Source of the DNA: Candidatus Poribacteria bacterium
Lineage (GTDB): Bacteria > Poribacteria > WGA-4E > PCPOR2b
Length of the DNA stretch: 64,000 bases
Reading direction: 5' to 3'
Assembly: GCA_965116925.1 (NCBI GenBank)
Contig: OZ220744.1
Span: 4,576,001 to 4,640,000 of the forward strand
In this document: one piece after another, positions 1-9,699 of the stretch
Layout of the letters: each line of letters opens with the position of its first letter
Position numbering within the stretch: position 1 is the stretch's first letter
Notes under the pieces: model-generated
Told to the model about the DNA's origin: nothing
Databases searched by the model: none
What the model saw: only the letters and a program-made list of their open reading frames with translations
Made by a program: the position numbers and the translations under genes

Positions 1-2
1 CC

Positions 3-668
3 GCAAACCTCCAAGAATTTACCCAAATCTTCGCAGAACTGGATGATATTGAAGCCTCGCTTTACTACCAAATCGTTCAAGAGAGGCTGCAGATAATTGA
101 TACCTTACGTGACCAAGCTAGGGACGATGTAGTTGAAAAGGTAATACAAAAACATCTCTATGAGCACCTCTGGTTACTCGATCCTTCTTGGGATAGGGCG
201 ACAGAAACTCCGTTGATGGAGCAAAATGTTAGAGCTGCCTTTGATGAGGTTGATGCGACCCTAACTGAGGAAGAGAAAAGGGGCCGGTTTGACATCAAAT
301 ACAAAATGACATCGGGGAAACATGTCATTATTGAACTTAAACGCGCCGGACGGAAATTAAGAAGTACCCAACTACAAGATCAAGTTGATAAATACAGAAA
401 TGCGCTGAGAAAGATTGTTCAGGCAACAGGGAAGAACGAACCGATTGAAGTAGTATGCCTTGTCGGGCAACGACCTGAGGATTGGGAGACTTCTGAACAA
501 GAGGATGAATCTAGGAGAGCTATGGAAGCCAAGAATACGCGAGTCGTTCTGTACCAAGGACTCATTGAGGATGCCTATAGGAGTTACCAAAAATTTCTGG
601 AGCAGCAAGAAAAAGCGGGTCGTGTCTATGAACTCATTAAAAATATTGAGATTGAGAATGAATCGTAA
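3..668 (+). CDS. 5'-truncated putative restriction endonuclease (PD-(D/E)XK C-terminal domain; resembles ATPase-fused HgiDII/BbrUII-like enzymes)
   Basis: Frame is open from the window edge (ANLQEFTQ...EKVIQKHLYEHLWLLDPSW...). It has an 'RFDI...IIELKR' nuclease-like motif and lies next to hsdM. Family call is from motif recall. Confidence 0.6.
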   Translation, partial: ANLQEFTQIFAELDDIEASLYYQIVQERLQIIDTLRDQARDDVVEKVIQKHLYEHLWLLDPSWDRATETPLMEQNVRAAFDEVDATLTEEEKRGRFDIKYKMTSGKHVIIELKRAGRKLRSTQLQDQVDKYRNALRKIVQATGKNEPIEVVCLVGQRPEDWETSEQEDESRRAMEAKNTRVVLYQGLIEDAYRSYQKFLEQQEKAGRVYELIKNIEIENES

Positions 669-898
669 ATGCGAAAAATGATGCAATCCAAAAACCTCAT
701 CACCAGCGTTCTGTTTCCCTGCCCTGGGCATTCAGGTTACTCGGCGTGCTGAAGATGAAGATCCATTTGAACCACAGAATTATTGGGCTAGCAGATGGAA
801 AGTTAATGCGATAGATCGAATCTATCCACTAGCATGGTTTACAGCCAATGCGTATACTGTTTATCTGACTGATATAAATACAGGAGAACCCTCCAAAA

Positions 899-2356
899 AT
901 GTCAAACGATTCATCAGCCATTGTGCAAAAACTGTGGAATTATTGTAACGTCCTTCGCGATGATGGGATCAGCTATGGCGACTATGTGGAGCAGTTGACC
1001 TACCTTCTGTTTCTGAAAATGGCGGACGAGCAGACCAAACCGCCGTTTAGAAAAGAGTCCGTTGTTCCTGTAGGGCTAGACTGGGAGAGTCTCGTTGACA
1101 AGGAGGGAGCCGACCTTGAAACGCATTATCGCCAGATCCTCGACATGTTGGCACTGGAGAGCGGTACGCTAGGGGTGATCTTCAGAAAATCCCAAAACAG
1201 GATCCAAGACCCCGCCAAACTCAAGCGAATCATTCAACTGATCAACGATGAAACATGGATCGGGTTAGATATCGATGTGAAGGGGGACATTTACGAAGGG
1301 TTATTGCAGAAAAACGCAGAAGATATCAAAAGCGGTGCGGGCCAATACTTCACGCCCCGTCCCCTAATCAAGGCAATCGTAGAGGTGATGAAACCGGAAC
1401 CGAAGCAAACCATCTGCGATCCTGCATGCGGCACCGGCGGTTTTTTCTTAGCAGCCCATGACTATCTATCGAGCAAGAGCGACCAACTTGATAGAGAGCA
1501 GAAGCAGTTTCTCAGAGACGGGACCTTTCACGGTGTGGATCTTGTGGACAGTGTGGTGAGGCTATGTGTGATGAACCTGCACCTTCACGGCATCGGTGGA
1601 GATAAGAGTCCTGTGGAAACAGGGGATAGCCTGATTTCGGATACGGGTGAGCGTTTTGACATGGTATTGACCAATCCGCCCTTTGGCAAGAAGAGTAGCA
1701 TCACAATTGTAGATGAAAAGGGAGGGGCGGGAAAAAACGCGCTCACATACGAGCGGGAAGATTTTTGGGCGACCACCTCCAACAAGCAGCTTAACTTCCT
1801 TCAGCACGTCAAAACAATTCTGGAAATCAATGGCAGGGCAGCGGTTGTTGTGCCGGATAACGTCCTATTTGAAGGGGGCGCGGGGGAAACCGTTCGCAGG
1901 AAACTGCTGCACGAATGCGATGTCCATACATTGCTTAGACTCCCGACGGGCATCTTTTACGCACAAGGTGTCAAGGCAAATGTGCTGTTCTTCGACCGCA
2001 GACCCGCCAGCGAAACCCCGTGGACAGAGAAACTGTGGATATACGACCTACGCACCAATCAGCGATTCACGTTGAAAACGAAACAGATGCGCTACGACGA
2101 CCTTCACGATTTCATCGCCTGCTACAATCCCGACAACCGCCATGACCGGAAAGAGACCGATCAGTTTAAGTCTTTCTCCTACGATGAACTGATGCAGCGC
2201 GACAAGGTCAGTCTTGACATCTTCTGGTTGCGTGACGAAAGCCTTGAGGATACCGAGAATCTGCCGGAGCCTGATGAATTGGCAGAGGATATCGCTGCGA
2301 ACCTAGCTGCGGCGTTAGAGCAGTTTCAAGACATTTATGAGGGAGTCACTCAGTAA
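899..2356 (+). CDS. hsdM: Type I restriction-modification N6-adenine methyltransferase subunit M
   Basis: GQYFTPR, DPACGTGGF (SAM binding) and NPPF catalytic motif; N-terminal 'KLWNYCNVLRDDG'. Confidence 0.95.
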   Translation: MSNDSSAIVQKLWNYCNVLRDDGISYGDYVEQLTYLLFLKMADEQTKPPFRKESVVPVGLDWESLVDKEGADLETHYRQILDMLALESGTLGVIFRKSQNRIQDPAKLKRIIQLINDETWIGLDIDVKGDIYEGLLQKNAEDIKSGAGQYFTPRPLIKAIVEVMKPEPKQTICDPACGTGGFFLAAHDYLSSKSDQLDREQKQFLRDGTFHGVDLVDSVVRLCVMNLHLHGIGGDKSPVETGDSLISDTGERFDMVLTNPPFGKKSSITIVDEKGGAGKNALTYEREDFWATTSNKQLNFLQHVKTILEINGRAAVVVPDNVLFEGGAGETVRRKLLHECDVHTLLRLPTGIFYAQGVKANVLFFDRRPASETPWTEKLWIYDLRTNQRFTLKTKQMRYDDLHDFIACYNPDNRHDRKETDQFKSFSYDELMQRDKVSLDIFWLRDESLEDTENLPEPDELAEDIAANLAAALEQFQDIYEGVTQ

Positions 2357-2387
2357 ATAGATTCGCTCATGTTAAGAAATAGTGCAA

Positions 2388-2421
2388 AGAAACCGAGTTT
2401 TGAAGAAAAAACTCGGTTTCT
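2388..2421. terminator. Perfect 14-bp hairpin between convergent hsdM and trpG (possible bidirectional terminator or repeat)
   Basis: AGAAACCGAGTTTT-6 nt-AAAACTCGGTTTCT; a half copy recurs at 41171-41186. Confidence 0.5.
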
Positions 2422-2425
2422 ATAA

Positions 2426-2568
2426 GTGTCGAGATATGAATCTTGACCTACAATCTATAATTCGATTCAACCCGTCCGGTTTAGACTTTCCAATCCGCTT
2501 TGGTCAATGAGCGAGGGGACCTCGCCCCTACGATTACAGACAGCTTTACACATGTCAACACGCCCTAA
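2426..2568. repeat. Composite palindromic repeat (REP-like units plus ATGTCAACACRCCCTAA end)
   Basis: The same order of modules recurs at 20910-21030. Confidence 0.6.
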
Positions 2569-3128
2569 CTATTCAGGAAATTTTGCAACAGCTTTTTCCC
2601 CTCGCTGGTCAAGATTGATTCTGGGTGGAACTGCACCCCCCAGATCGGATAGTTCTTGTGTCGAAATCCCATAATTTCGTCTTGATTTGTCCACGCGGTG
2701 AGTTCAAGGCAATCCGGCAGCGTCTCCTTTTTCACGATGAGAGAGTGGTAACGTGTCGCCTCAAATGGGTTTTCGAGGTCGTCGAAAATCTGCTCACCGT
2801 TGTGGTGAATCATTGAGGTTTTGCCGTGCATCAGACGTCCGGCGCGGACGACATCGCCGCCAAATACATCGCCGATACACTGATGCCCCAAGCAGACACC
2901 GAGCAGGGGAACACGCCCTGCAAACTGACGGATCAGATTGCAGGAGATCCCCGCTTCCCGTGGTGTGCAGGGCCCCGGCGATATGACAATCTTCTCAGGG
3001 GCGAGATCTTCAATCTGGTCAAGCGTGATTTTGTCGTTGCGATGGACAACAAGGTTCGCTCCCAACTCGCCGAGATATTGCACGAGGTTATAGGTGAATG
3101 AGTCGTAATTGTCAATCATAAGTATCAT
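2565..3128 (-). CDS. trpG: Anthranilate/aminodeoxychorismate synthase component II (glutamine amidotransferase)
   Basis: [29 protein letters not shown]; in an operon with trpE. Confidence 0.93.
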   Translation of the reverse strand: MILMIDNYDSFTYNLVQYLGELGANLVVHRNDKITLDQIEDLAPEKIVISPGPCTPREAGISCNLIRQFAGRVPLLGVCLGHQCIGDVFGGDVVRAGRLMHGKTSMIHHNGEQIFDDLENPFEATRYHSLIVKKETLPDCLELTAWTNQDEIMGFRHKNYPIWGVQFHPESILTSEGKKLLQNFLNS

Positions 3129-3139
3129 CGTTTCTTCTC

Positions 3140-3826
3140 CTAACCGTTTCTGCGGATTCTCATCATCTCATCGCCGCCTTTCTGGAACTCATAAGGTACG
3201 CGACAAATATCAACCGTAAATCCAGCTTCCAAAAAATGTGATTGGATCGGTGTAATGTAGGGTGACTTTTCGCAATTCAATGTCAACAGTGGGAAAATTC
3301 GTACCTCTTGAGAAACGCGACAGAGTTCCTGTATAGAATCCCGATGAAAATCGAAAGATAGCTGAACAGAATACAGAAAAAGCAGATGCGAGCAGAGTAC
3401 CAGATCGAACTGGGAATCGGTGAAACTGAGTGTGGGCAGAGATTCAGGCAGATAACGTCCTTGCACCTTTCCCGCCTCAAAATCTTCCAGAAACTTCCTC
3501 ATGGTCTCAAGACGGTAGTGCCCCCAATGCACTGGATCCGCAAAGAAATCCCAAACGAAGTTATCAGAGTTTTGTTCCACTTGAGAGATGAGGGGATCGT
3601 AGTTCTCTTCAATTCTCCGCTCGATCTGTGCTTTTGAAAACGAGTAGATCGGATCAATTGACAGAACCGTATGCCCCAAGGTATTCATCTCGGTGTTAAA
3701 ACTGGCAGGGCCGTCACCGACACCGAGGATACGTAAGTTCAGTTCCTCATCGGAGAGATTGAACATCTGCGTGTATTCTTGCAATGATCTGCCCCAAGGG
3801 ATGACTTGGTCGAGTTTCACACTCAC
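3140..3826 (-). CDS. Putative SAM-dependent methyltransferase
   Basis: [11 protein letters not shown] motif I-like; '[20 protein letters not shown]' motif. Confidence 0.75.
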   Translation of the reverse strand: MSVKLDQVIPWGRSLQEYTQMFNLSDEELNLRILGVGDGPASFNTEMNTLGHTVLSIDPIYSFSKAQIERRIEENYDPLISQVEQNSDNFVWDFFADPVHWGHYRLETMRKFLEDFEAGKVQGRYLPESLPTLSFTDSQFDLVLCSHLLFLYSVQLSFDFHRDSIQELCRVSQEVRIFPLLTLNCEKSPYITPIQSHFLEAGFTVDICRVPYEFQKGGDEMMRIRRNG

Positions 3827-3847
3827 GGTTTGCCTCCTGTCGTCGAT

Positions 3848-5332
3848 CTACTCTAATCCCGCTTCAGCGATTTCAATTGCCCTTAACACCGCTCGCGCCT
3901 TGTTGACCGTTTCTTCATACTCCGTTTCGGGCACAGAGTCTGCGACGATACCACCGCCCGCTTGGATGTAGGCAATTCCATCTTTGACGACGAGGGTGCG
4001 AATCGTGATCGCTGTGTCCGCATTGCCAGAAAAGCTGAAATAGCCAACGGCTCCGCCGTAGGGTCCCCGGCGGGTCGGTTCAAGCTCGTCGATAATCTCC
4101 ATCGCCCGGATCTTCGGGGCACCGGACAGCGTTCCAGCGGGCAGGCAGGCACGTATCACATCATAGGGGGTTTGCCCCTCGCGCAACTCTCCGATAACGT
4201 GCGAAACGATGTGCATCACATGTGAATAACGTTCGATTATCATCATCTCGCTTACGCGCACAGTATGGTATTCGCAGACGCGCCCTAGGTCGTTACGTCC
4301 GAGGTCAACGAGCATGACGTGCTCTGCCCGTTCCTTCGGGTCGGCAAGCAGTTCCATCCCCAATGCCTCATCTTCGGCTGGAGTCGCTCCACGTGGACGG
4401 GTTCCTGCGATTGGGCGCATCTCCGCAACACCGTCCTCAACGCGCACCATCATCTCCGGTGAGGCACCCGCAATCTGGAGTTCATCGAACTTGAGGTAGA
4501 ACATATAAGGCGATGGGTTGACAGTGCGCAAGGCACGATACGCATCGAATGTATCGACCGATATCGGAACACTAAAGCGCTGTGATGGCACAACCTGAAT
4601 GATGTCCCCCGCGGCGATATATTCCTTCGCCCGAAGGACAACCTGATGGTAATCGTCCTTCGTGAAGTTTGAGGTGACGGGCACACCGCTTGGACTGACA
4701 ACCGGCTTGTTTGTGTAATTCATCAACAACGGCTGCTTGAGTTTAGCGATCAGTTCGTCGATCTGATCAAGTGCTTTTTTATAGGCTTGGTCAACATCGC
4801 CGTTGATGTGGGCGTTGGCGACCACCTTGATCTGATGGTTCACATGGTCAAACACAAGCAGCGTATCGGTGACCATAAAAAAACAATCGGGTAGTTCTCG
4901 ATCATCTTCGGTAGTGTCGGGGAGTTCCTCGACGTAACGCACCATGTCGTAGTTCAGGTAGCCGACCGCTCCACCGTGAAATCGCGGCAATCCCTCGACT
5001 TCAACGGGTTGATAGTGAGCCATCAACTCTTCAAGCTCCTCTAACGGGTCTTTGCTTTTGAATTCAACCGTACCCCCGGTTCGGAGGTTATCAATCTGGA
5101 CCAGATTGCCCTTGCCCCTAAGTAGGACTGATGGATCACTGCCGAGAAACGAATATCGGGCGACGTGTTCACCGCCTTCGACGCTCTCCAGCAGAAATGC
5201 GTGGTCACTTCCTCCGATTTTGTAAAATGCGGATACAGGTGTTTCCATATCCGCCAGCATCGTCTTGTAGACGGGAATCAAGTTGCCGTGTTGTGCTTTT
5301 TCTCTAAAATCTTCTAAGTTTGGGTAATACAT
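3848..5332 (-). CDS. trpE: Anthranilate synthase component I
   Basis: LLES (Trp feedback site), [35 protein letters not shown]. Confidence 0.95.
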   Translation of the reverse strand: MYYPNLEDFREKAQHGNLIPVYKTMLADMETPVSAFYKIGGSDHAFLLESVEGGEHVARYSFLGSDPSVLLRGKGNLVQIDNLRTGGTVEFKSKDPLEELEELMAHYQPVEVEGLPRFHGGAVGYLNYDMVRYVEELPDTTEDDRELPDCFFMVTDTLLVFDHVNHQIKVVANAHINGDVDQAYKKALDQIDELIAKLKQPLLMNYTNKPVVSPSGVPVTSNFTKDDYHQVVLRAKEYIAAGDIIQVVPSQRFSVPISVDTFDAYRALRTVNPSPYMFYLKFDELQIAGASPEMMVRVEDGVAEMRPIAGTRPRGATPAEDEALGMELLADPKERAEHVMLVDLGRNDLGRVCEYHTVRVSEMMIIERYSHVMHIVSHVIGELREGQTPYDVIRACLPAGTLSGAPKIRAMEIIDELEPTRRGPYGGAVGYFSFSGNADTAITIRTLVVKDGIAYIQAGGGIVADSVPETEYEETVNKARAVLRAIEIAEAGLE

Positions 5333-5352
5333 CGAAGTCTCCTTGAAAACTA

Positions 5353-5733
5353 TCAGTATACTGCATCTGGGTCAAAAACCTTTTCACCAACAATGTGCGT
5401 AGAGTTACCATCGGGGGAGACTTCCCGAAAGAAGCAGGAACGGTAGCCGACGTGGCACGCCCCGCCTTTCTGTTCGACTTTGATTAGTAGCGCATCGGCA
5501 TCACAATCAAAGGCGACCGTTCGCACGGTTTGCGTGTGTCCTGAAGTCTCCCCCTTGATCCAGTATTCCTGGCGGGAGCGGCTCCAAAAGCAGACACGCC
5601 CTGATTCTAATGTCTTCCGCACAGCCTCGCGGTTCATATAGCCGACCATGAGGACCTCTTTGTTTTCGTCATCCTGTATAATGGCAGGAATTAAACCGTT
5701 CTGATCGGTCTTGAGTTGATTTAGGATTTCCAT
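5353..5733 (-). CDS. hisI: Phosphoribosyl-AMP cyclohydrolase
   Basis: [29 protein letters not shown]. Confidence 0.96.
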   Translation of the reverse strand: MEILNQLKTDQNGLIPAIIQDDENKEVLMVGYMNREAVRKTLESGRVCFWSRSRQEYWIKGETSGHTQTVRTVAFDCDADALLIKVEQKGGACHVGYRSCFFREVSPDGNSTHIVGEKVFDPDAVY

Positions 5734-5764
5734 TTTTTCTCCTTGCTCAACAGAAAATAGGCAT

Positions 5765-5806
5765 AAAAAAAGCCGTAGACAACGGGGTTCGTATGCCTAC
5801 GGCTTT
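5765..5806 (-). terminator. Intrinsic terminator of the attenuator upstream of hisI
   Basis: Minus strand: AAAGCCGTAGGCA-loop-TGTCTACGGCTTT running into a 7-U tract, between the leader peptide and the hisI RBS. Confidence 0.9.
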
Positions 5807-5831
5807 GGTTTCTAGATATGAGTCCAAAGAT

Positions 5832-5933
5832 TTATCTCAACAAAGGCACACTGCTCCCCTCAACACGATGCCACCACCAGTGCCAATGATGAGATGCGAT
5901 TTGAAATTGTGGTTGTCGGTTCAGGGTTTGCAT
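5832..5933 (-). CDS. His/Trp-rich attenuator leader peptide MQTLNRQPQFQIASHHWHWWWHRVEGSSVPLLR (not in the ORF track)
   Basis: Translated by hand: ATG at 5933 preceded by GAAAGG; eight consecutive His/Trp codons at 5891-5868; TAA at 5834-5832; terminator follows. Confidence 0.9.
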   Translation of the reverse strand: MQTLNRQPQFQIASHHWHWWWHRVEGSSVPLLR

Positions 5934-5970
5934 AGTACCTTTCAACTTCCTGTTTGTTCAGATTATGTAA

Positions 5971-6000
5971 AGCATATCACAATTTTAGTTTCGGTGTCAA
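5971..6000 (-). promoter_or_regulatory. Sigma70-type promoter of the leader-hisI-trpE operon
   Basis: TTGACA (6000-5995), 18 nt, then TATGCT with a TGn extension (5976-5971). Confidence 0.7.
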
Positions 6001-6021
6001 GAAAAATCCGATGCGGTGTTC

Positions 6022-6834
6022 TCACCCAACCAGCGGCTGCAAAAACTCGATGCTTCGACGGGCAATTGTCTCTGGATCCGGCTCAAAGTTGAAGACCTCG
6101 GTCGAGAGATAGCCTGTGTAATTGATTTCCTTCAATGCCTCGATAATTGGTGGGTAATCCACATTACCGGAGCCGGGGAGATATCCGTTATCGTCGTTGG
6201 TGTGAAAGTGCGCCACGTGTTCGGCGTATTTGCGGATCTGTGTGGGCATGTCCAAGTTTTCGGCTGCTGTACTCGTTACATCAAGGATGATTTGAAAAAT
6301 CGGATTATCGACTGCTTTGACCATCTCTACTGCGGCTGCCGGTGTATTGATAAAATTTGTATGTTGGCTTGCCAACGGTTCCATGCACAAAATGACACCC
6401 TGTTCTTGAGCGAATTCTGCACACGCTGCGAAGGTTTCCTGTGCATAGCTCCACGCTTGCTCTGGTGCCAGTGGATCCAGTACGTTGCGTTCATTGGGTG
6501 AACCGATGACCATAATCTTCCCACCCAGATCAGCACAACACGAAATCAGTTCAAAAAAATAGTCGCGTGTTTTCTCGCGGATATCTCCGTCGGGGTGATT
6601 GACGTGCAATCCTTTTGGTGAGACCAGCAGCCAATGTAGTCCAGCGATTTCGATTTTCGCTGTATCTGCCGCTTTTCGGATGCGATCTCTTTCGGCTTGG
6701 CTGATGTCCACCACCGATTCTGCAAGCGTGAAAGGTGCGAGTTCCACGGCATCGTAGCCGAGTTTGGCAGCGCACAGAAAAACATCTTCGATCCCCCAAT
6801 CCTCAAACATTTCGTTGCAGATAGCTAGTTTCAT
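6022..6834 (-). CDS. Sugar phosphate isomerase/epimerase (D-tagatose 3-epimerase-like TIM barrel)
   Basis: CMEPL, ILDV, HFHTND, PGSGNVDY, YLSTEVF motifs. Confidence 0.85.
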   Translation of the reverse strand: MKLAICNEMFEDWGIEDVFLCAAKLGYDAVELAPFTLAESVVDISQAERDRIRKAADTAKIEIAGLHWLLVSPKGLHVNHPDGDIREKTRDYFFELISCCADLGGKIMVIGSPNERNVLDPLAPEQAWSYAQETFAACAEFAQEQGVILCMEPLASQHTNFINTPAAAVEMVKAVDNPIFQIILDVTSTAAENLDMPTQIRKYAEHVAHFHTNDDNGYLPGSGNVDYPPIIEALKEINYTGYLSTEVFNFEPDPETIARRSIEFLQPLVG

Positions 6835-6872
6835 GGTTCACTCCTGGTTCCACTTATGGTGGATTTTGGAAT

Positions 6873-6980
6873 TATAGTAGATTTTAGAATTAATGAGACA
6901 CTCCAAATCGGCGCAGTTAGAAACAGTGCCTACCAAACATGGAGAGCGAAAGTGTCTATTTATTTTTTGAATTCACTATA
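6873..6980. mobile_element. 108-bp MITE-like element, copy 1
   Basis: TATAGTAGATT...AATTCACTATA ends; near-identical to the copies at 10262 and 37934. Confidence 0.75.
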
Positions 6981-7054
6981 ATTAGATGCTGTGAATGAGC
7001 GAAGTCAGCAACCTTGTTCGCGGAGTTACGGCACACGGAGTGTGCCTACTACTA

Positions 7055-7651
7055 TTAAGGATCTTCCTTCCACCGTTGGATGAGATCTGTATCGATGTCA
7101 AATTGATCCAGTGCCTTTGTGACGATGAAATTGATCATATCGTCAACCGTTTTGGGGAAGTGGTAAAAACCCGGCATGGCAGGCAGCACCACCACGCCGA
7201 GTTGGGATAGCTTGAGCATATTTTCGAGATGGATGGCGCTGAGCGGCGTTTCTCGTGGCACGAGGACCAGTTTACGCCGCTCTTTGATACAGACATCGGC
7301 GGCGCGCTGGATGAGATTTCGGGAGATGCCCGCCGCTATCGCGCCGATAGTTCCCATGCTGCACGGTGCAACGACCATACCCGCAGTGCGGAAGGAGCCG
7401 CTGGCAATCGACGCTCCGATGTCGGACTGATGGTGGTAAATCACCTGATCTGACGGGTAGCCGATTAGGGATTTAAGGCGGAAATTGTCCAGATCTACAC
7501 GGAGCTGCAGCTCTTCCCACAACGCCCTTGCGCCGGAGTCGGAAATCGTCAGGTGGATTTCATAGTCGTCGCATCGGGTGAGAGTCTCTAGCAGACGCAC
7601 ACCGTAGATGACGGCACTTGCTCCCGTTATCCCGACAATTATACGTTTCAA
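7055..7651 (-). CDS. ubiX: Flavin prenyltransferase
   Basis: GITGAS, IASGSF, APCSMGT, RAADV..KERR.LVLVPRETP. Confidence 0.93.
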   Translation of the reverse strand: MKRIIVGITGASAVIYGVRLLETLTRCDDYEIHLTISDSGARALWEELQLRVDLDNFRLKSLIGYPSDQVIYHHQSDIGASIASGSFRTAGMVVAPCSMGTIGAIAAGISRNLIQRAADVCIKERRKLVLVPRETPLSAIHLENMLKLSQLGVVVLPAMPGFYHFPKTVDDMINFIVTKALDQFDIDTDLIQRWKEDP

Positions 7652-7676
7652 ACAATCCTCCTCTTTGTTCCCATTT

Positions 7677-8039
7677 TTACCGGTTCTGAACGTTCTTTAT
7701 CCAGTCTCCCAAGTTATTTTTCACTCGCATCAACCGGTCGGGAGAAATTTCGCCTATTGTTCCAGTCAAAATATTCCCTGAGACCACAGCGAGACGAGTT
7801 GTACGGATAACGCTCGCCGTTTTCAAACCGGAACGGACAAAGTCTGGAGAATCTTCATTGATAATTTCATCAAAACCTTCAACATATTGATTGAGATTTG
7901 ATGAAATCATACAAATTAGCCAGTCATCATAATTGCCGGGAATTTGTGCTAGCAGGAGTGCTGGACGTTGTTTTCCAGCACCCAAGTCGGTCTGTGGAAA
8001 ATTGAACAGAACAATCTGTCCTGCCCTTCTCACACCCAC
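7677..8039 (-). CDS. PemK/MazF-family toxin
   Basis: 'GQIVLFNFPQTD...KQRPALL', 'SGLKTASVIR'; overlaps the upstream small ORF. Confidence 0.8.
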   Translation of the reverse strand: MGVRRAGQIVLFNFPQTDLGAGKQRPALLLAQIPGNYDDWLICMISSNLNQYVEGFDEIINEDSPDFVRSGLKTASVIRTTRLAVVSGNILTGTIGEISPDRLMRVKNNLGDWIKNVQNR

Positions 8040-8245
8040 CTCTCCTTCAAATCGGATTCATCGTAGATTACATCTTCTTCTTCAATATCGCGCATCGCTG
8101 CAGCCAATGAAAGATGTGACCAATCCAAATTCTCTTTTCGCACACTTTGGCGCTGCATTAGAAATTCAATAAAATCCAATGCTTCTGCTTGTAATGGTTC
8201 AGGTAATCTCTGAACTTGCTCGTGAATTCTTTCAACAGTGGTCAT
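8030..8245 (-). CDS. Putative antitoxin (DUF2281-like)
   Basis: 'LPEPLQAEALDFIEFL' and an acidic C-terminus; coupled to the toxin. Confidence 0.7.
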   Translation of the reverse strand: MTTVERIHEQVQRLPEPLQAEALDFIEFLMQRQSVRKENLDWSHLSLAAAMRDIEEEDVIYDESDLKERWV

Positions 8246-8269
8246 AACAGCCTCCTGATAGAGGGCGTA

Positions 8270-9532
8270 CTACTCTTCATGGAACGGCGGTAGGTTGCCA
8301 TCGGTGTCGAACGCTAAAGGCTTCAGTTCGCCGGTAACCTCCAAATCGGTGCGGAGTTTTGCATCTTCGAGCAGGGCTTCGGAGATGTCCACCTCTGCGA
8401 GACCGAGGGTGCTTTCAATTCGCACTACTTTTGATTCTTCAGGCGGAGTGAGTCCAACCGTGTTCAATGCGATCTCAATAGCCTCGCGGTCTGTGTCGTA
8501 ATAGAAGGGCGTTTTCGACTTCTGCGGTCCCATTCCGGTGATACCATTCATATATGTCGCGTGCCGATCCATCTTTTCCACAAGGCGTGTTGTGGTGAAG
8601 TCCGCCAATCCAACGCCTGTTGCGTTACCATCGCTATCGTCGGTCAGATCTCGGACGAAGATTCGTACAATCGCGGGTTTTTCTGGCTCTGGTTCAAGGA
8701 TCTGCATCATTCGACCGATGATGTTGGTATCCATGCCTGTCCCGCTGATGTTTTTGCCCATCCAATCCACGATTAGAAGGTCAAAGGCATCAAACGGCAG
8801 ACGTCCCATCAGCGACTTGGATTCGACGAGGAGTTCACGTTCGCGACGCATGATTTCATCGGCGCGCATGGCGGCGACCTTCGCTGTCTGTTCGTGTGCG
8901 TTTTCGACCAGTCCAACTCCAAAACCAACCCTTCCAGCATCTATGAGCAAGCCGGTAACTGTCCGGATGATATGCTCGAATCCGTAGTGGAAGAAGGCAC
9001 GATGATACATATTCGCACCGTGCTGTTTGCCAAATCCGATCGTCAACATCTTCAGGGTGCCGCTCTCAACCGTGCCTCTGAAATCGGTGTGTGCTTTGAT
9101 CCGATTGACTGGAACAATGTGATCCGCGTTGGCGGCGTAGGTATCAAGGAATACTGGCAATCCGTCGGCGGTTTGACCGATTTCGACGACCTCCATTGTT
9201 GCCTTGATTGGTACACCGACTGTTTCTTCAGTGACGCCATAATGTTCTAGTACGGCTCGCTGTCCTTCTGCGGTTGCGCCCCCGTGGCTCCCCATCGCTG
9301 GTACGACAAACGGGTTTGCACCGATGTCCTTGAGGTATTCCGCCGTTGCTTTAATAACGGTGGCGATGTTTGCAACCCCTCGGCTGCCACCGCCAATAGC
9401 GACGGTATCTCCTTTGCCGATGATTGACGCCGTGCCGATTTGATCCAATTCCTCTTTAACTGCTGCGGGCAAATCTGCGACGACGGGAGCATCAAAATGT
9501 TGTTTTATACGAACCATTCTTGGTAGTGTCAT
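8270..9532 (-). CDS. Lactate racemase (LarA) N-terminal-like domain protein
   Basis: GSRGVANI, PAMGSHGGAT, NRIKAHT, GKNISGTGMD motifs. Confidence 0.75.
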   Translation of the reverse strand: MTLPRMVRIKQHFDAPVVADLPAAVKEELDQIGTASIIGKGDTVAIGGGSRGVANIATVIKATAEYLKDIGANPFVVPAMGSHGGATAEGQRAVLEHYGVTEETVGVPIKATMEVVEIGQTADGLPVFLDTYAANADHIVPVNRIKAHTDFRGTVESGTLKMLTIGFGKQHGANMYHRAFFHYGFEHIIRTVTGLLIDAGRVGFGVGLVENAHEQTAKVAAMRADEIMRRERELLVESKSLMGRLPFDAFDLLIVDWMGKNISGTGMDTNIIGRMMQILEPEPEKPAIVRIFVRDLTDDSDGNATGVGLADFTTTRLVEKMDRHATYMNGITGMGPQKSKTPFYYDTDREAIEIALNTVGLTPPEESKVVRIESTLGLAEVDISEALLEDAKLRTDLEVTGELKPLAFDTDGNLPPFHEE

Positions 9533-9699
9533 TGATTCAATCCTCCATATCTGTGAAATGTTGATACCATGTTACTAGAAGTTGGGGCGAATAACAAGAG
9601 AGAAATGCGTGAAACGTGATGCGTGAAACGTGACCCGTCCTAAATAAGGTTGACATGAGCGAAGGCAAAAATCAGTTCGTTCGAGTGGTTCTAGGCGCG

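Noticed and set aside
669..898. hsdS remnant between the nuclease and hsdM
   Set aside because: The short open stretch shows no HsdS-like motif.
5793..6092. 99-aa plus-strand ORF upstream of hisI
   Set aside because: It is antisense to the leader peptide, terminator and promoter; its PPP run is simply the reverse complement of the Trp codons.
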